A stretch of DNA of 63,973 bases, counting the filler, from Intoshia linei (Eukaryota; Animalia; Orthonectida): NCBI GenBank assembly GCA_001642005.1. It is 6 parts of 6 records of this genome, joined end to end, with 100 filler letters (N's around TTAATTAATTAA, not from the genome) between each part and the next. Parts side by side here need not be neighbours in the genome. Positions count along the whole stretch, not along the records: positions 1 to 17,052 come from LWCA01000816.1; 5 more parts are not named here. One strand, written 5' to 3'. Of the stretch, positions 1 to 13,932 are shown piece by piece. The translations under genes were made by a program, and so were the position numbers. Within the stretch, counting starts at the first letter, position 1; each line of letters opens with the position of its first letter. Below the pieces are notes generated by a model. That model was not told the origin of the DNA. It made no database searches and was given only the letters and a program-made list of their open reading frames with translations.

Positions 1-240
1 TCAATTTTATAATTTTTTAAGTGGCTAACGTACTTAATAACAGAAATTCCATTCTTTAAAAAATAGTTTTCGTTGCGACGACCCATTAAATTTAATAAAA
101 ACTGATTTATTTATAAAAATAAAAATAAATAAAATGTTTGAAATGTATAACATTTGTTTCCTTAGTGTTCTAGATTTATTGATTTACATTGCAATTTGCA
201 AAAAATTTTTACGTTTATAATACTATATTCATGTGATTGT

Positions 241-2896
241 ATGTCGTTTCTTTCATTCAATGCATCTCATGGATATTTAGAGGGTATAGTGCGTGGATAT
301 AAGGCAGGAATTTTAAAGGAATCCGATTATCTCAACCTAATGCAGTGCCAATCTTTAGAAGGTATTTTATTATGGACTCTCCTGGTTGAAGTTATATAAA
401 TCAATACATAATTATTGAAATAATTACATTGTAGTTTATGTATACCATTTTTAAAAATATTTTTTTTAAGTTCGTAATCCTAATATATCACATTAATATT
501 AATATTTAGACGTAAAGATACACTTGCAACACACAGATTATCACAATCTACTTGACGATGAAATAGGAGATTTAAAGATACCCACCTTAGAAAAAAAATT
601 GAGAGAAAAGTTGACTAGTCAATTCAAATATCTTCTCGGTCAAGCTTCAGGAGAATTGGCCACATTTCTTAAATATATAACGTAGTTTTAATTAATATAA
701 TCAATTTTCATATAGATATAACTATATGATTGATAATGTTATTTTACTCATATCGGGTACTTCTCATAATCGAACTGTTTTACAATTGCACAGATTTCTC
801 CATCCGATGGGTGAATTTCAGGAATTAGAAGCAATTGAAATTGCAGACAGTTCTTCAACTTTATACAATGCTGTTCTCACAGATACCCCTTTAGGTACTA
901 TTTTAGTGTTGTGAGATTTCAATAATGTAAAATTTCGAAATTGTAACGTACACTATTTATATTTATTTTTAGCGCCGTATTTTCTTGGGTGCATTTCGGA
1001 ACATGACTTTGACGAGATGCACATTGAAATAATGCGAAATACGTTATATAAAGTAAATTAGAATTTTACCGAATAATTTTTTTTAGAGATACCTAGAAGA
1101 CTTTTACAATTTTTCTAAAAAAATTGGTGGTGATTGTTTCCTCATAATGAAAGAAATTTTGGGTGTAAGTATTTTTTATTTTAAAATTAAATAAAGGGCG
1201 TACATTCATTTTAGCGATGTATTGTTATAGCAGTGGTTGCCGAATGGGTACTGGGACCCCTAGGGCAGCGTTTCTTAATCTGGGGTATTAGAAAGACTAT
1301 TTTTATTTTTTATATTTTGTCTAATAAATGAAATGAATTATATTTTTTACTTTATCTCTCAAGGAGATCATTTAAAATTTTAAATGTTATCATTGATAGT
1401 TATCAATAACTACATTAATATTATTATTAATTAACTACATTTGTGGGTAAATAAACTAAATTTTTGTGTTTCTTTATGGAAAATTTTTATAGGGATCTTT
1501 AAAAATTAGGTGAAACAAAATATTTCCTTAAAATCCCCACTAAATTTGGGTTCAAAATTATCTTCAAAGTCTTTAAAAATTTGGTTAAAAAAATCCTTAA
1601 AAGCCCTACCTAGATTTTGAACCAAATTATATTCAAAATCTTTTAAAATTGGATGAAAAAATCAATAATATGATAAATTAGTAAAATGAATGATTATGTG
1701 GCTGTAAGATGTATCGCTAAATGAATGTCGCTCTAGATCAGCGTTTATTAGCCTTTTTTAAATTTAGTTCCATCGTTAGCCAGATTAATTATTTCCAGCA
1801 CCACTGTAAAAATAAAAAAATCATACTTTAAAAGTCATTGTAAAAATCGTATTTTATTGATATTTTTTTAAATCTATTACTCTATTAATACCCACCATGA
1901 TCAATAACAACGTTAATAGTAGAAATGATCATAGAAGTCGTATTTGATAAGATTTAAAATTATAAATAATCCACTTATTTGAGAGATAAAGTAAATAATT
2001 GCAATAAATAAATTATTTTATGATTGGGCCTGATGGTAGTGATAAAATGTAATTTGTGGGCCTGTCACAAAAAAAGACTGATATATCTAAATCAGTTACT
2101 CTAATAGATAATTGGCTATTGGCCGGGGTGAATGTAAAATTTTTAGGTGATTCGGTGAAAAATACGCTGTATTCGCATTTGATGAGATAATTTATTGAGC
2201 AACCTTCAATGAAAAATACCGTTAAATTCTAAATGATACAATTTAGTTGGAAGCAGACCGAAGATCGTTTATGATTACTATAAATTCTTTTGGAACGAAT
2301 TTATCTAAAGATGATCGAGCTGATTTATTCCCCAGATGCGGCAAGTTGTATCCTTATGGTTTGGAAATGCTAGCTAAAGCTGATGATGTATATCAAGTAA
2401 AAGCCGTTGCTGATAATTTTCCGGTATACCTTTAATTGAATATTTCAAAACATATTATTGTAAAACCTCGTGATTTACTTTCTAAATGTATAGTTTTTCT
2501 CAAATTACACTACACAGTGTGTTTCACTTTTAGTGCCAAAATTAGAGAAATTAATTAAAATATTTAATCTAGGAATATAGAAAATTGTTTGAAGATTTTC
2601 CAGCAAATAGATTTGAATTGGAAGATAGTTTTACTGCATACGAGGTAATCTATTTACTCTTATATGTACAACATACGTTATTGATTTTTATTTAAACAAA
2701 TATAATAGATTCTTAACTGACTATTCCATTTAAGGTCAAACTGTTGAAAACCACTTTTCTACAACAATTTCATTTTGCAGTTTTTTACGCATTTATACGA
2801 TTGAAAGAAATAGAAAATAGCAATATTGTATGGATATCAGAATGTATCATTCAAAAACAAAGATCAAAAATTGACAAATACATCAATATATTTTAG
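241..2896 (+). CDS. ATP6V0D1: V-type proton ATPase subunit d (V0 d), 8 exons: 241-361, 510-681, 716-894, 973-1052, 1087-1164, 2247-2423, 2573-2644, 2735-2896
   Basis: Spliced translation gives [58 protein letters not shown] and NIVWISECI, all diagnostic of subunit d. All introns are GT-AG and in phase. Confidence 0.97.
1195..1734. mobile_element. MITE with ~35-bp imperfect TIRs in V-ATPase intron 5, containing hAT-like ends and an internal ~70-bp tandem repeat
   Basis: Left end agggcgtacattcattttagcgatg; right end reverse complement agagcgacattcatttagcgatac. Internal CAGTGGTTGCC and CAGCGTTTCTTAA hAT-type starts. Repeat units at ~1496-1660. Confidence 0.55.
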
Positions 2897-3169
2897 TTTT
2901 ATTTAACGATATTTATACAGCTGTTTATATTTTAATAAAGTATGTGCGCCCCTGACTTTCTAACCAATTTTATTCAAATTATTCAAGCTTTTGATGATGT
3001 GTGTCTTGGTTTATCAGATATTAATTGGTAGTTATTATTATAAATACACAATTTCAGTTTTAGGGCCGCTTTAACCTATATTAAAACCTCAAATACAATA
3101 TTCGTCGAGCGTAAATCTAGTAATTTATATTTACATCTTATTTGTTTAATAGATATTTAAGGTGGTACA

Positions 3170-4152
3170 ATGTCCGAGCTTTGTGAATTTCTGGATGAAA
3201 ATGGTGTGTACTTTATTTTTATTTCTTTTCACAAGACTTTCAAAATAAATCCCGTCACTTTTATAAATTGGGTAATAATTATCAATTATTTGATAGAAAA
3301 AATTTAACTACAAATACTATATATTATTTCCTTTTCAGTTATCAGATTCAGACAAGTTTTTCAATTAACACGTCAAAATCGTTTCTAAAATTCAATTATT
3401 TACAAAATTGTTGAATAAAAGTTTAATTTATACAAAATATAAATATCTCATCGTAGTTGTATTTTTCAACATATACGATTAAAAATAAATACCGATATAA
3501 TTGAGAAATTGAATTATTATTGCATTTACAAGATTGTTGTAGTGTTTGCCAAGTGGTTGGCGTAAGATTTTTTTATAGAATAATTTTTCTTTGAAAATAT
3601 TGTCGATGGTACAATAAAAATCTTTGGCGACCACTGCATCATTATATTGATACCATTTAATAAATTTAATGTAATGATAGATAGGGGATAAAGTGCCAAT
3701 AAAAGAAAAAATTGACAAAGCATTTCATCATTTGGAATTAATTTCTTATTTATACGTTTTTTAATCAACCGGTGTATAATATACTGTAAATTAGAAAGTT
3801 GACAAAGTATTAACCATAGGCAAAACTGAATTCTTAAAAATGGATATCTTTTCTAAAATTTCAGTCAATTTTAAAGAGGTAAGTTTATATAAGAATCAAT
3901 AATATTTTAGTTCCCAGATTTCCTTACCCCAATATCATTATCAGATAGAATAAAATTCACGTCGGACGAATCATATACCATACAAAACTGGAAACGTCAA
4001 TCTAGTGAAGTAGAGTAATTATTTTTGTGGGACAAACTTAACATTTTTTAATGTTAGAAATGCATAAAATATTTCTTACAAATATGACTACAATTTAGAA
4101 AACAAGACGATTGTTCGTACGACGAAGTTTACGATGTAGAAACTAAGAAATA
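3170..4152 (+). CDS. Hypothetical multi-exon gene, exon structure unresolved
   Basis: ATG at 3170 (MSELCEFLDENG) and several short open segments bounded by GT/AG (KVDKVLTIGKTEFLKMDIFSKISVNFKE; FPDFLTPISLSDRIKF). No family recognised and a continuous frame was not established. Confidence 0.4.
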
Positions 4153-4567
4153 GTTAATAAATCATTGTAAATTAGTTCTTCAATAAACAAATTTCTTTAA
4201 TAAAAAGGACAGTTTTAATTATCACTTTCATTTAATTTAAAAGTAAACCAGGTTCTTCGCAAATACTAATTTGCATAAATTCATGGTAACACTCCTATAT
4301 TCGACTTTAAATAATTGAAAGATAATTTTTCAAAGAAGCTAAGAATTAATTATTGGATCTAGCACTACGAATTATGAATTTTGTAGTATTCAATCAAAAC
4401 ATAGACAATTTCCTATCATTTAGCAACACTTCTCGTTTGTTTATATTATTTTACGTCATTAAAATATTTTATAGGTTTTATTTTGAATTTATCTATCATT
4501 GCATGCATTGCATTGCAATTGCAATTAACATTGCAATGTGTTTATTTTATATATGCATAACGTAGGT

Positions 4568-5876
4568 ATGGGAGCTGTTAGAGTTATATTGTTCACTGTT
4601 GCGTGTTTGATTTGCATTCCAGTACATGTGCTATTTATATCAGTTTTTTACATTGCACTTGGTTTTATTAATATCGAATGGTTCGACAAATTAGAATCTT
4701 TGCTGTACAACAATTTGTTATTCATAGTTGGAACATTTGTGGCCTGCGGGAAATACAAAGGTTTAGTTTTACATTGTATATTGAATCTTTTCTCTCTTTT
4801 AGTAACCATTATCGGGGATGATATTGAAACGATTCGATTAGAAAAAACTCTAATTTTATCCAACCATCAATCTACTGCCGATGTACCGTTATTTATGTAC
4901 ATTTTTACAGAACACTACAGAGATATATCTAAGCAAATTATGTGGATTATGGAAGGCCTTTTCAAATTTGTACCATTTGGATGGGTTTCGCTGTGGCACT
5001 CAGACCATTTCTTATCTAAGGTATGTTCATCAAGAGCAACAATTTTGTGTTTCAATTATATCGGATAAACGGTATACAGAGAACGTGTGCACCAGGAATC
5101 CGAGCGTAGAATTATTATGTTAAATGATCATTTAGTTTTTACTAAAGAATAAAGGAATTTTTATATACGTTTTTACTTGGGAAATTTTATTATATATTTT
5201 TGTTTGATATTCTTACATTTCTAGAAAGATACTATACCAAACATAGAAAAACATTTGATAAAATCATATCGTCTCGATAGAAAATGGTACATTGTATTTC
5301 CTGAAGGTGGATTTTTTTATAAACATTACGAATCGAACAAAAGGTTGGCAAATACATCATTATGTTCATTACTTGTAGATATGCATTCAGAAACAACTTG
5401 CCCGTGTTAGAAAACGTGATACTACCTCGTACCGGTTGTTTATCGGGTATACTCAAAAACGAAAGTAATACACATTTACTCACATTGAAACTTACTACTC
5501 TTTAGAAATTAAATGGATTGTGGATTTGACAGTAATTTACACACCCGAAACACCAAGCTTTTACGATATGATTAGTGCATCAAAAGAAGGAAATATAATA
5601 ATTGTAGTAAAGAAAATAAACATTGAAGACGTACAAAAATCAATCGACTCTGAAATATTTAAAGTAGAAAATAAAACAAAAGACTACATGATAAAATTAT
5701 ACTGCCAAAAAGACGAATATTTCAAATCTTACAAACAAGATGAGAAAAAATTTATCAATCAATTTGAGTATTGCAAAAAAATAGATGCAACATGGAAAAT
5801 GATACTTCAAACAATATTAATAACCACAATACATTTAATGTTCAATATTGTATTATATACACATTTTATAAAATAA
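4568..5876 (+). CDS. LPGAT1: Acyl-CoA:lysophosphatidylglycerol acyltransferase 1-like (PlsC family), multi-exon
   Basis: NHQSTADV (HxxxxD) motif, FKFVPFGWVSLWHSDHF, WYIVFPEGGF, NNLPVLENVILPRTG, then the C-terminal acyltransferase segment ending at TAA 5874-5876. The start codon is less certain. Confidence 0.9.
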
Positions 5877-5878
5877 AA

Positions 5879-8800
5879 TTAATCAAAATTCCAATTTGGG
5901 TTGAAATCCCTAAATCCATTGCCATTGCCTCTACGATTATACATTCCTCCCCTATCCTAAATAAATAAATAACCATTTTCAAAACACAAACCATATTGCG
6001 CGCATTGTAGTTTGTTTCCGCATCTCGATAATCATTAGAATTGTATCTACGAGAATTCGACAGCAACGGTCTTCTAGAATCGTCGAAAACAGGTCGAGTA
6101 GCGGGAGTCCATTGTGGTTTTGAGCTGCCTCTAGACACATTTTGGTAGCTATCTTCAAACCTCTATAAATTTGTTATAAACTGAAAAAATAAATACGTAC
6201 ACTTCTGTTATACATGTCGTACAGTTTTTCTTGGTTCTGAAATTCTCTATTTGGAAATTCTATATCTGAATATCTAGAGCGAGTCAGAGGAGAACTATAA
6301 ACAGGAATATTTTTTCTAGCATCAAATTCTTGTCTTTTGCGAGCGAAACTGCTACGAGGAGACATTTTACTACGTTTCGGTGTTGTAATAGCTAATAAAA
6401 AAATGAATGAGTGAATAAAACGAAAACATCTTGATTTAGGATCTCGGCGTTCAATTCTTCTAGTTCTTTTATGATCTTTTTTTATTTCTATTCTCCTTGA
6501 TGATTCTGATTTTTCTCTACCCTCATCGTTGTATTTTTTAACTTGTTCTTTCATTTCTTCACACGTCATACCAACATATTCAATATTTTCGCAAAGAGTA
6601 TCAGAAAAATATAAATCAGCTAAATAAAATTTAAACAAGAAATATAACTACTACTCTTCATCAGACCAATATTTTTCCTTCCAAATCGTTTCTCTGGGCG
6701 TAATTTCAATTGTGTATCACAATATACTTTGTAATCATTGGGTTTTGGGATTACATAAACCATTTTTATGTTCCATTTATTGAAAATTTTAACTTTACGC
6801 TTTTGACTCGTTTCCAAACAGTTTGTCTAAAATTAATAATAAAATTTAAAATGTCTTTATATACACCAACTACCTGCTCTAAAATATAATTTCTTTTTCT
6901 ATGTATTGCTAAATCAACGTACTGACTTAAGACTCGACTGATATTTTTATGGTTTGCATCATTCATCATACTTGCATACTAAAAATTATTGTATATTCGA
7001 TTAATTCAACAACTTACACTGTTTCCTAATAAACGATACATAATTGTCTCATAGTTCATAATGTAATAATTTTTATTGTTCTTTTTCAGATAATTTCGAA
7101 CCCAATGACTTTTCCCAGCTCCAGGTAAACCAGCCAAAAGTACAAATTCACAATCTTCAAAAGTTTTTGGAGTAGACGGAGCTTTCGTTCTTTTATCAAT
7201 TGGGTATGTATTTATGTAAAGATATCCATCCTGGTCTGTTTCATAGTATGGCTCAACTTGACCAACATTAATGGTGAAATTGATACACTTTGTTGAGACG
7301 TGAGGGAACAAGGCTTTACCATTCAAATAACTCTTTTTTACTTTGAAAAATATTCCTTGAAATGCGCCATTTACACTGTAAGAAATTGTAATAGGATCAG
7401 ATTCCATGTCTACGTAACACCCAACAACATTCTCGTCTCCAAATTTAATCCCCTTAGATAAAATTTCTTTACCATTAATTGACTTGCCGGTATTTTCGTA
7501 GCAAAAACTGGTACTTGACATACCCAACATCAAATTTGATTCCAATGTCGATACACCAATTCTAATTTTATTTCGACTCGTAGGCATCATTTTGTTTAAA
7601 ATCTGATCAAAATAAGATTAAAAACTATTAAAAATTACCTTGACTTCAAACATAAATTTTCCACTGGAAACTCCATAGTTTGTTCGCGCACAAGCAAACA
7701 AATCTGAAGAAATATGACTTTGAGACAACACATTGGCTTCGTATCCAGTAGAATCAATCACCAAATGAAGATCTGAGTTCCCTAAACAAAATTTTATTTG
7801 TAGGACATATTACTGTACCTTTATCCAACATCAACTCTATAGAGTCTATCCAATCATCAGAATATTCTGGAATTGGCGTTTTTTCGCGGACTCTAGGTTT
7901 TCTAAAATGTTGTGATTAAAGTATATCTAACTGGTGACCATTAATATTAATGTACTTATCTATGGAAAAAAATTTCGTCATATGTATTACATATTATGTA
8001 AGAATAAAGTAATGGTAATAAATTTTCGACTTAATAAGTACGTATTTTGAAATTATTAAATCAAATAAACTATGAAATTTTAAAAAATTGAAACAAATTT
8101 CCGCAATTTGCAGTATAAGATAATATCCATCCATATACAACATTTAATCATGTCTCGCAAATTTTGTTGAGTTGCCCTTATATCGAAATATAGTGGAGCT
8201 TTAATCGCTCACAAAATTATATATTTTGATAATAATTATCAGTTAAAGTATAAACTCACAACTAAGTATTAAGAATGATCTGTCATTATTCTAACAAACT
8301 AAAAGTAACAACTAGATTGATTTAAAATTTACTGATATTGATTAGAAACATCCTTGTTAGTAGTATTTTTTTTAGAATCTTCAGTAGTTTTGCAATTATC
8401 AAGCAATTTATCAATATCATCATTTAAAGCGGAGGAGTCTGCTTCATTAGTTAAATCATCATATTCTTGCTCCCCCTATAAATAGTCATTAGTACCCAGA
8501 ATAAAACGAGTTTATTTAGGATGATAAAGCCTTCAAGAGAATTAGAATCCATTACCTCAACATCTAGCGGATCATAATCAGCAGTAACATCGAAACTGTC
8601 ATGCACTACATTAGAATCCTGAACGAAAGTATTCTTAAGCATCTCAGAATTATTTACTTTATCGACTTGGGAATTTATTTCCACAACTGGGTCGACTTTA
8701 TCAGTCTGTACATTCGCAAGATCAATATCCATAGTTTCATTTTTCTTTTTACTTTCTTCCGCAGGGTTTTGTGAATTCGCCTCAGTTTCCACAGAAGCGG

Positions 8801-9460
8801 GTATAGCACTGGGCTTGTCACCCTGGTTTTCATTATCAACCCGATGAGAATAGTCAATTATTTCTGTGCTTACAGCTTGTTCAGTAGATGGTATCGATTC
8901 GTCAATTTTAACCATACTGTCAGAGTGAGTCTCAGTGACTGGGGTTTCTTCTAAATTTCAACTAACAATCGAAAAAGGGAACCACATAAATTAGTCTAAA
9001 TTTAAAAATAATTACCACAAGCCACATCACTATTTCCGTTTATTTGTGGTTCAATTTTTTCTGTTGTAACGTTTTCTTTTCCATTCTCAGTGATAGGAAC
9101 TTCATTATCCACAACCGACATTTCGACATTAACTGCATCTGGAACTGCTACATCATTTTCTTTCTCAATATCCGTATCGGCCATTTCGACGTCATTTTTA
9201 TTTTCCGTTGCAGGCACTTCCACGTCATCTTTTCCATTGTCCGTTGCTAATGTTTCTACTTCATTTTCTAATTGAGTAGTTTCCTTTTGTTCGGTAATCG
9301 ATTCTAACGAAATTTAAATAAAATTATCAATAAGTATACTGGTAGTTTCGAGATGCGTCTTTAACCGTTCATACAATTGACGTTTTGTACCGACTGTTGG
9401 CAAATCAAATTTTTTCAGTTCCGCTCTTAACTTGGTAATTTTTAATTTATCGTGATTCAT
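5879..9460 (-). CDS. hnRNP U / hnRNPUL1-like protein (SAP, acidic linker, SPRY, P-loop kinase-like, RGG)
   Basis: SAP domain MNHDKLKITKLRAELKKFDLPTVGTKRQLYERL from ATG 9460; SPRY segment (FGDENVVGCYVDM...ALFPHV); Walker A GLPGAGKS. After a 35-nt intron (5957-5991) the last exon reads DRGGMYNRRGNGNGFRDFNPNWNFD*. Confidence 0.93.
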
Positions 9461-10081
9461 GTACTCTGCAAATTTCTATTTTAGAATAATAATTAAAAAA
9501 TTGAATTAAAGGTTACGTTAAAATTAAAATTAAAATTGTTGCGAGTATAAATAAAATAGTGATGCCAGAAATGTATTTAGTTTCTATAGATATATTGATC
9601 TAACTTTACTGATCTTGTTATTGTCATTGACAATTTGTCAACAAACTCGTATTGATAGGTTTCATTTTACGTGTATAGTTAATATGGGTTGTTCCTAAGT
9701 TTACAAATCCGTATTTAAATTCTAATTATATAAAATTAATTTTTATTGACACTAATCTTATTAATTGTAAGTAAAATATCCAAAATTGTGCGATGTCTAC
9801 ATTTTATAAATTATATTTAACAATATAAATTTTATTTAGTGTAATTCCTTTGCAGATGCGGATGACATTCGAGTGTTTTTTACATGTTCTTACATCTACG
9901 CATAAATTGGGAAACAATTTTCAAATTTTTCGTAAAACTAAAAATGTAAAATGAATATTGCTATTCCCATATCACTAATTTTTAATTTCACTAATTTCAT
10001 TATAAAAAATTATTGTAGAAATTTACTATTTTAAAAATGCAATTTTATGAAATATTTCAGACTAATTTTTAACTTTAATAT

Positions 10082-11301
10082 TTAAAATTTGGACAAATCA
10101 AGTTTTCTTTTTTTTCCAATATACGATGGATTGTACTTGAAGAACTTTATAACAGCTTTTACAATTTCATTACAATCTAAAAACATGAATACATGTGCAT
10201 TGTCTAGAAAATCGTCCAATCCATTTTTCAAGTGCTCACTAATGATATTGAGACGTTTAAGTCTATGTTAGTAAATAGAAATTGTAATAATAAATAAAAT
10301 ACCTACTCAAAAACTCGTCAGAAAATTGATTTATTCTTCTCATTTCTGTCTTAATCCTAATAATCTGGCGAGCCATGGATTTAATACTGCTTGATAAAAC
10401 ATTTCTTCTAAATATTTCATCACTGATGATTTTTACGTTTGCAATATGTTGAGATATTCTAAAGTTTTTTATAATTTTATCTCATTATATTAGCGTTTAT
10501 CTAGATATTTATATCCATCCCTCATCAATTTTCTTTTAGAAATTGATATACATTCAAATATGTAAAAGCATAATTTTTAACTTATCAAAAATAATTTTTA
10601 TCAAATAAAAATTGTTTGTGTGTGTGTTCCACTATATTTTAATAACTACCAGTCTTAGAATTTTATAAAGTCCACATTTCAATTACAATTTTTTCCGGGT
10701 GATAATAAGACAAATTTCAACCCCCAAACTCATATCTTACGGGTCAAAAACCCAATTTTCCTTTTTTTTGAAAATCTAAGAGTTGGAGAATTTAAAAAAT
10801 ATATACGCTAATACAAATTTTAAAATTATATCTTCAGGGCCAAAATACCAAATTACATTTCTTTTTTTAATGAAAACAGCCCTATGCAAATGTTAACAAA
10901 AAAATTTAAATGGAATAATTCACTTTAATGTAAAAAGTAATATGATATAATGGTTCCACCTGAAACAAGTTTAGGAACTACTCCTTTGAAGGATTGATAA
11001 TAGTGAATAGTAGGATTTTTAAGTTGTTTTTTAAGTTAGATTTTCAACATGAATTCATTTTTTTGTATAATAAAAATTGGCCTCGGCAGAGCTAGGTGCT
11101 GTTTGTACGTAGTACATAACAGTCAACCTAGTACAATATAAAAAACTTGAAATACTATTAACGTAATTACATATTCATATCATAATTCGTGGATTTAAGA
11201 ATTTTAATTGCTTCTATTTCTCCATTTTTCAAGCTTTCGAGCAAATGAACATCGTGTGTTTTATTTTGGTCCAATCTTTCGATGTTTAGTTGCTTTTCCA
11301 T
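10082..11301 (-). CDS. Orphan ~120-aa protein, 3 exons (11301-11171, 10356-10303, 10262-10082)
   Basis: Phase-consistent GT-AG splicing gives MEKQLNIERLDQ...MIKTEMRRINQFSDEFLSRLKRL...YIGKKRKLDLSKF*. No recognised domain. Confidence 0.65.
10575..11131 (+). mobile_element. Non-autonomous Helitron copy, internally deleted, in the orphan gene intron
   Basis: Shares the family body (aataactaccagtcttagaattttataaag...). Subterminal hairpin ctgtttgtac-gta-gtacataacag and 3' CTAG|T at 11128-11132. 5' boundary approximate. Confidence 0.8.
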
Positions 11302-12382
11302 TAAAATTAGGTGTACTAAAATGTAAGATTTGATTTGAAACCTGTTTACAAAATATAAAACAATAAATTACAAACATTAATTTTCAACCATTTGTAAAAT
11401 TATAAAAGTCATTAAAAATTAAATGTTAAAAAATAAAATATAAGGTTTACAGTACACAAATTTAAAATACATATAAAATTGTATGCATAAAATAAAATAT
11501 ATACTATATAGTGTAACATGTTTTGGTGCCGAGTTGAGAATATTTGCAACTGTAGACCTATATTAAATCAGTTAATTATTTTTAATGGACCCTTGTATAC
11601 AAGGCAGTGGAGAGACAAAAGTAGGACCGGGCCAGATGAAAATTGTAGACCCTATAAAAATTTTTCAAAAATGGCATCTATACATTGATTAATCACTCGT
11701 TAATTATCTATAAATTAAAAATAACCGTTGGAAATCGCATTGATTATCAAAATTTTGGTATATTTAATAAATTTTGCAACATTACATATTAATGAATTTA
11801 AAAAGTAGGCCATCCTGATTGTAGGCCCGGGCTATATGACCCAGCCCCTCACCACGGCCCTGCATGTATATATTATTAAACAATGTAATTTGCAGTGTTT
11901 AATGTTTAATTTATTATATTAATAGCTTACATAATATTCTATGCCTTTAATGAATACTAATACGATGATTACTTTCCAATTTTAGAATTGGGAAAATATT
12001 GAGTGATGAAATGGTAATATGCGTTTATTCCCAAAATGTCAATTTCTGAGGTTGAAATTTTTTCTGTAACACTGGTATACAAATTTTTTTTTGGTAAATT
12101 AATTATAAATAAACAATTTTACGATTCTTGCATTGTAATATTTTAATGAATGTAAGATTAAATTATAAATTCAGAAATACATCAGTGCTTTCCAACCATT
12201 TTTAGTTGACGACACATATATCAATCTCAAAAAGTCAGCGTGAACAGTTGAATTGCAATAAAAACCTTTTTATTGTATTTTTGAACTTTAAATTGAACCC
12301 ACCGATAAGTTATTGTTAAACATAATACGCAAGACATTGAAACCTATATATCAAAATTACAAGATAAATTGAAATTTTTTAA

Positions 12383-13436
12383 TTAAACAGTTGACGGAGC
12401 TAGTTGCTGAATCTTTCTAATGCATGCCATAATATTCTCCTTTTCCTAAAATGAAAAATTACTAATACTTTGAAAGATTAACCTGCTGCGGTGTAATAGA
12501 TTCTATAGCATTTTTTCGAATCCATCTAACCATATGATCAACTTTAAATTTTTCTATGGCATTACATTTATCAACTTGATAATTCTATAAAATTTTGAAT
12601 CAAAATGTATGTAAAAATACTAGTCTTTTAATAGTTTCATTATGAGCGGCCAAGAGATTTTGTCTATATTTAGCTTCCAATTGTAAAGTTATATTGTTTT
12701 TTTTTGCATCAATTTCGTAGAATACGGATTTAACCTCGTTAACCAATTCATTAATCTCCAACTTCTTTACAACAATTCTGTCTTTATTGTGTTGATTGGG
12801 TTCAACCCATAGACGATTTTTGTTTTCCTAAATTTCATTGTAAAAAAATTTGATACGAAATACTTCTGTCATTTTCAAAAAATAGCTTTGCACGGGTTGG
12901 GAAAATTTGTTTAGAGCCACATAAGTAACTACGCAACACAACATTATATGAATGGCTGGAACATTTATAACAAGAAATTCTTTAGATAAATAAGTGATCA
13001 TTGAACCCCATATAAGAATATATGGTCCTAAAATGCAATTAACAACGACTAGTAAAGAATTTACCAGTCACGCCAGTTTTATCGTACATGAAATCAAACC
13101 AAGATTTAGGAATCAAGCCTAATCGTACAGGTGGTCTCGTTGGGTTGCTTCGAAGTATTGGATAGTTTACATTGTCTCTTTCAGGTCCATATAAAATTTT
13201 ATTTGCATTTTTTACATTTTCAGTAAATTCTTTAATGCTGATACGCGAATATAAATTTTTTATATATCCTCGTTCTTGGTTAATGGCGAATTTTACACTA
13301 CATTAGAATAACCAATAGAATTAAGATAATTTACCCATAATTATTAGATACAGATTTGATCCCATTGAATGTCAATTTGTAAACTTGAATGTATTTCAAT
13401 TAAAAATTATCCATTAATACCTGGCGATCGAAACAT
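12383..13436 (-). CDS. ATP5PB: Mitochondrial ATP synthase peripheral stalk subunit b, multi-exon
   Basis: PVRLGLIPKSWFDFMYDKTGVTG|PY...LSKE and C-terminal HMVRWIRKNAIESITPQQ|EKENIMACIRKIQQLA match metazoan subunit b. Absent from the ORF track because exons are short. Confidence 0.92.
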
Positions 13437-13932
13437 TTCCAAAATCGTACCCTTCAAAATTTAGTTATAAAAATAGAATAAAAATAAATTTATTTTTCGT
13501 ATCAAAAGTTATTGTACAAATAAAAACAACTTGTGCATTTTCAGATTACTATAAATGGGAAAAATAATCGTGTTTTGAATCTTGGATATACAATATTTTT
13601 ATTTCAAATGAAAACTAAAATGTGACTTTTGTTGATTTAAGTCAATTTCATAAATATTTCTATTAATTTAAAAACTTCAGAACCCTGAAAGTATAATTTT
13701 GAAAAGAAAATTCGAGTCGTTTCCCGAGAGTTTGCGATAATTGTTAATTATATTTTATTTTTAAAATCAATTTCTTTACGACGACGAGACAGCATCTTCG
13801 ATTAATCTTAGTCTGCAAATATTGCAGTAGAACTAACAATATTACGGTGTTGCCAGGAGTCTTTATTTTAGTTTAAACTTTAAACTTAAAAATTTTAAAA
13901 TAACAATTTAAAATTTACTTAAGCATGGTGGA

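Noticed and set aside
1496-1660. Spaced repeats resembling a CRISPR array
   Set aside because: Degenerate ~70-bp tandem units inside an intronic MITE, with no unique spacers or cas genes, in a eukaryotic context.
5866-6138. Apparent coding overlap of the 90-aa minus ORF with LPGAT1
   Set aside because: The ORF reads through a 35-nt intron. The spliced frame ends at 5879, so the coding regions do not overlap.
9560-9955. Possible small plus-strand gene divergent from hnRNPU
   Set aside because: Splice-like sites are present but no consistent reading frame could be assembled.
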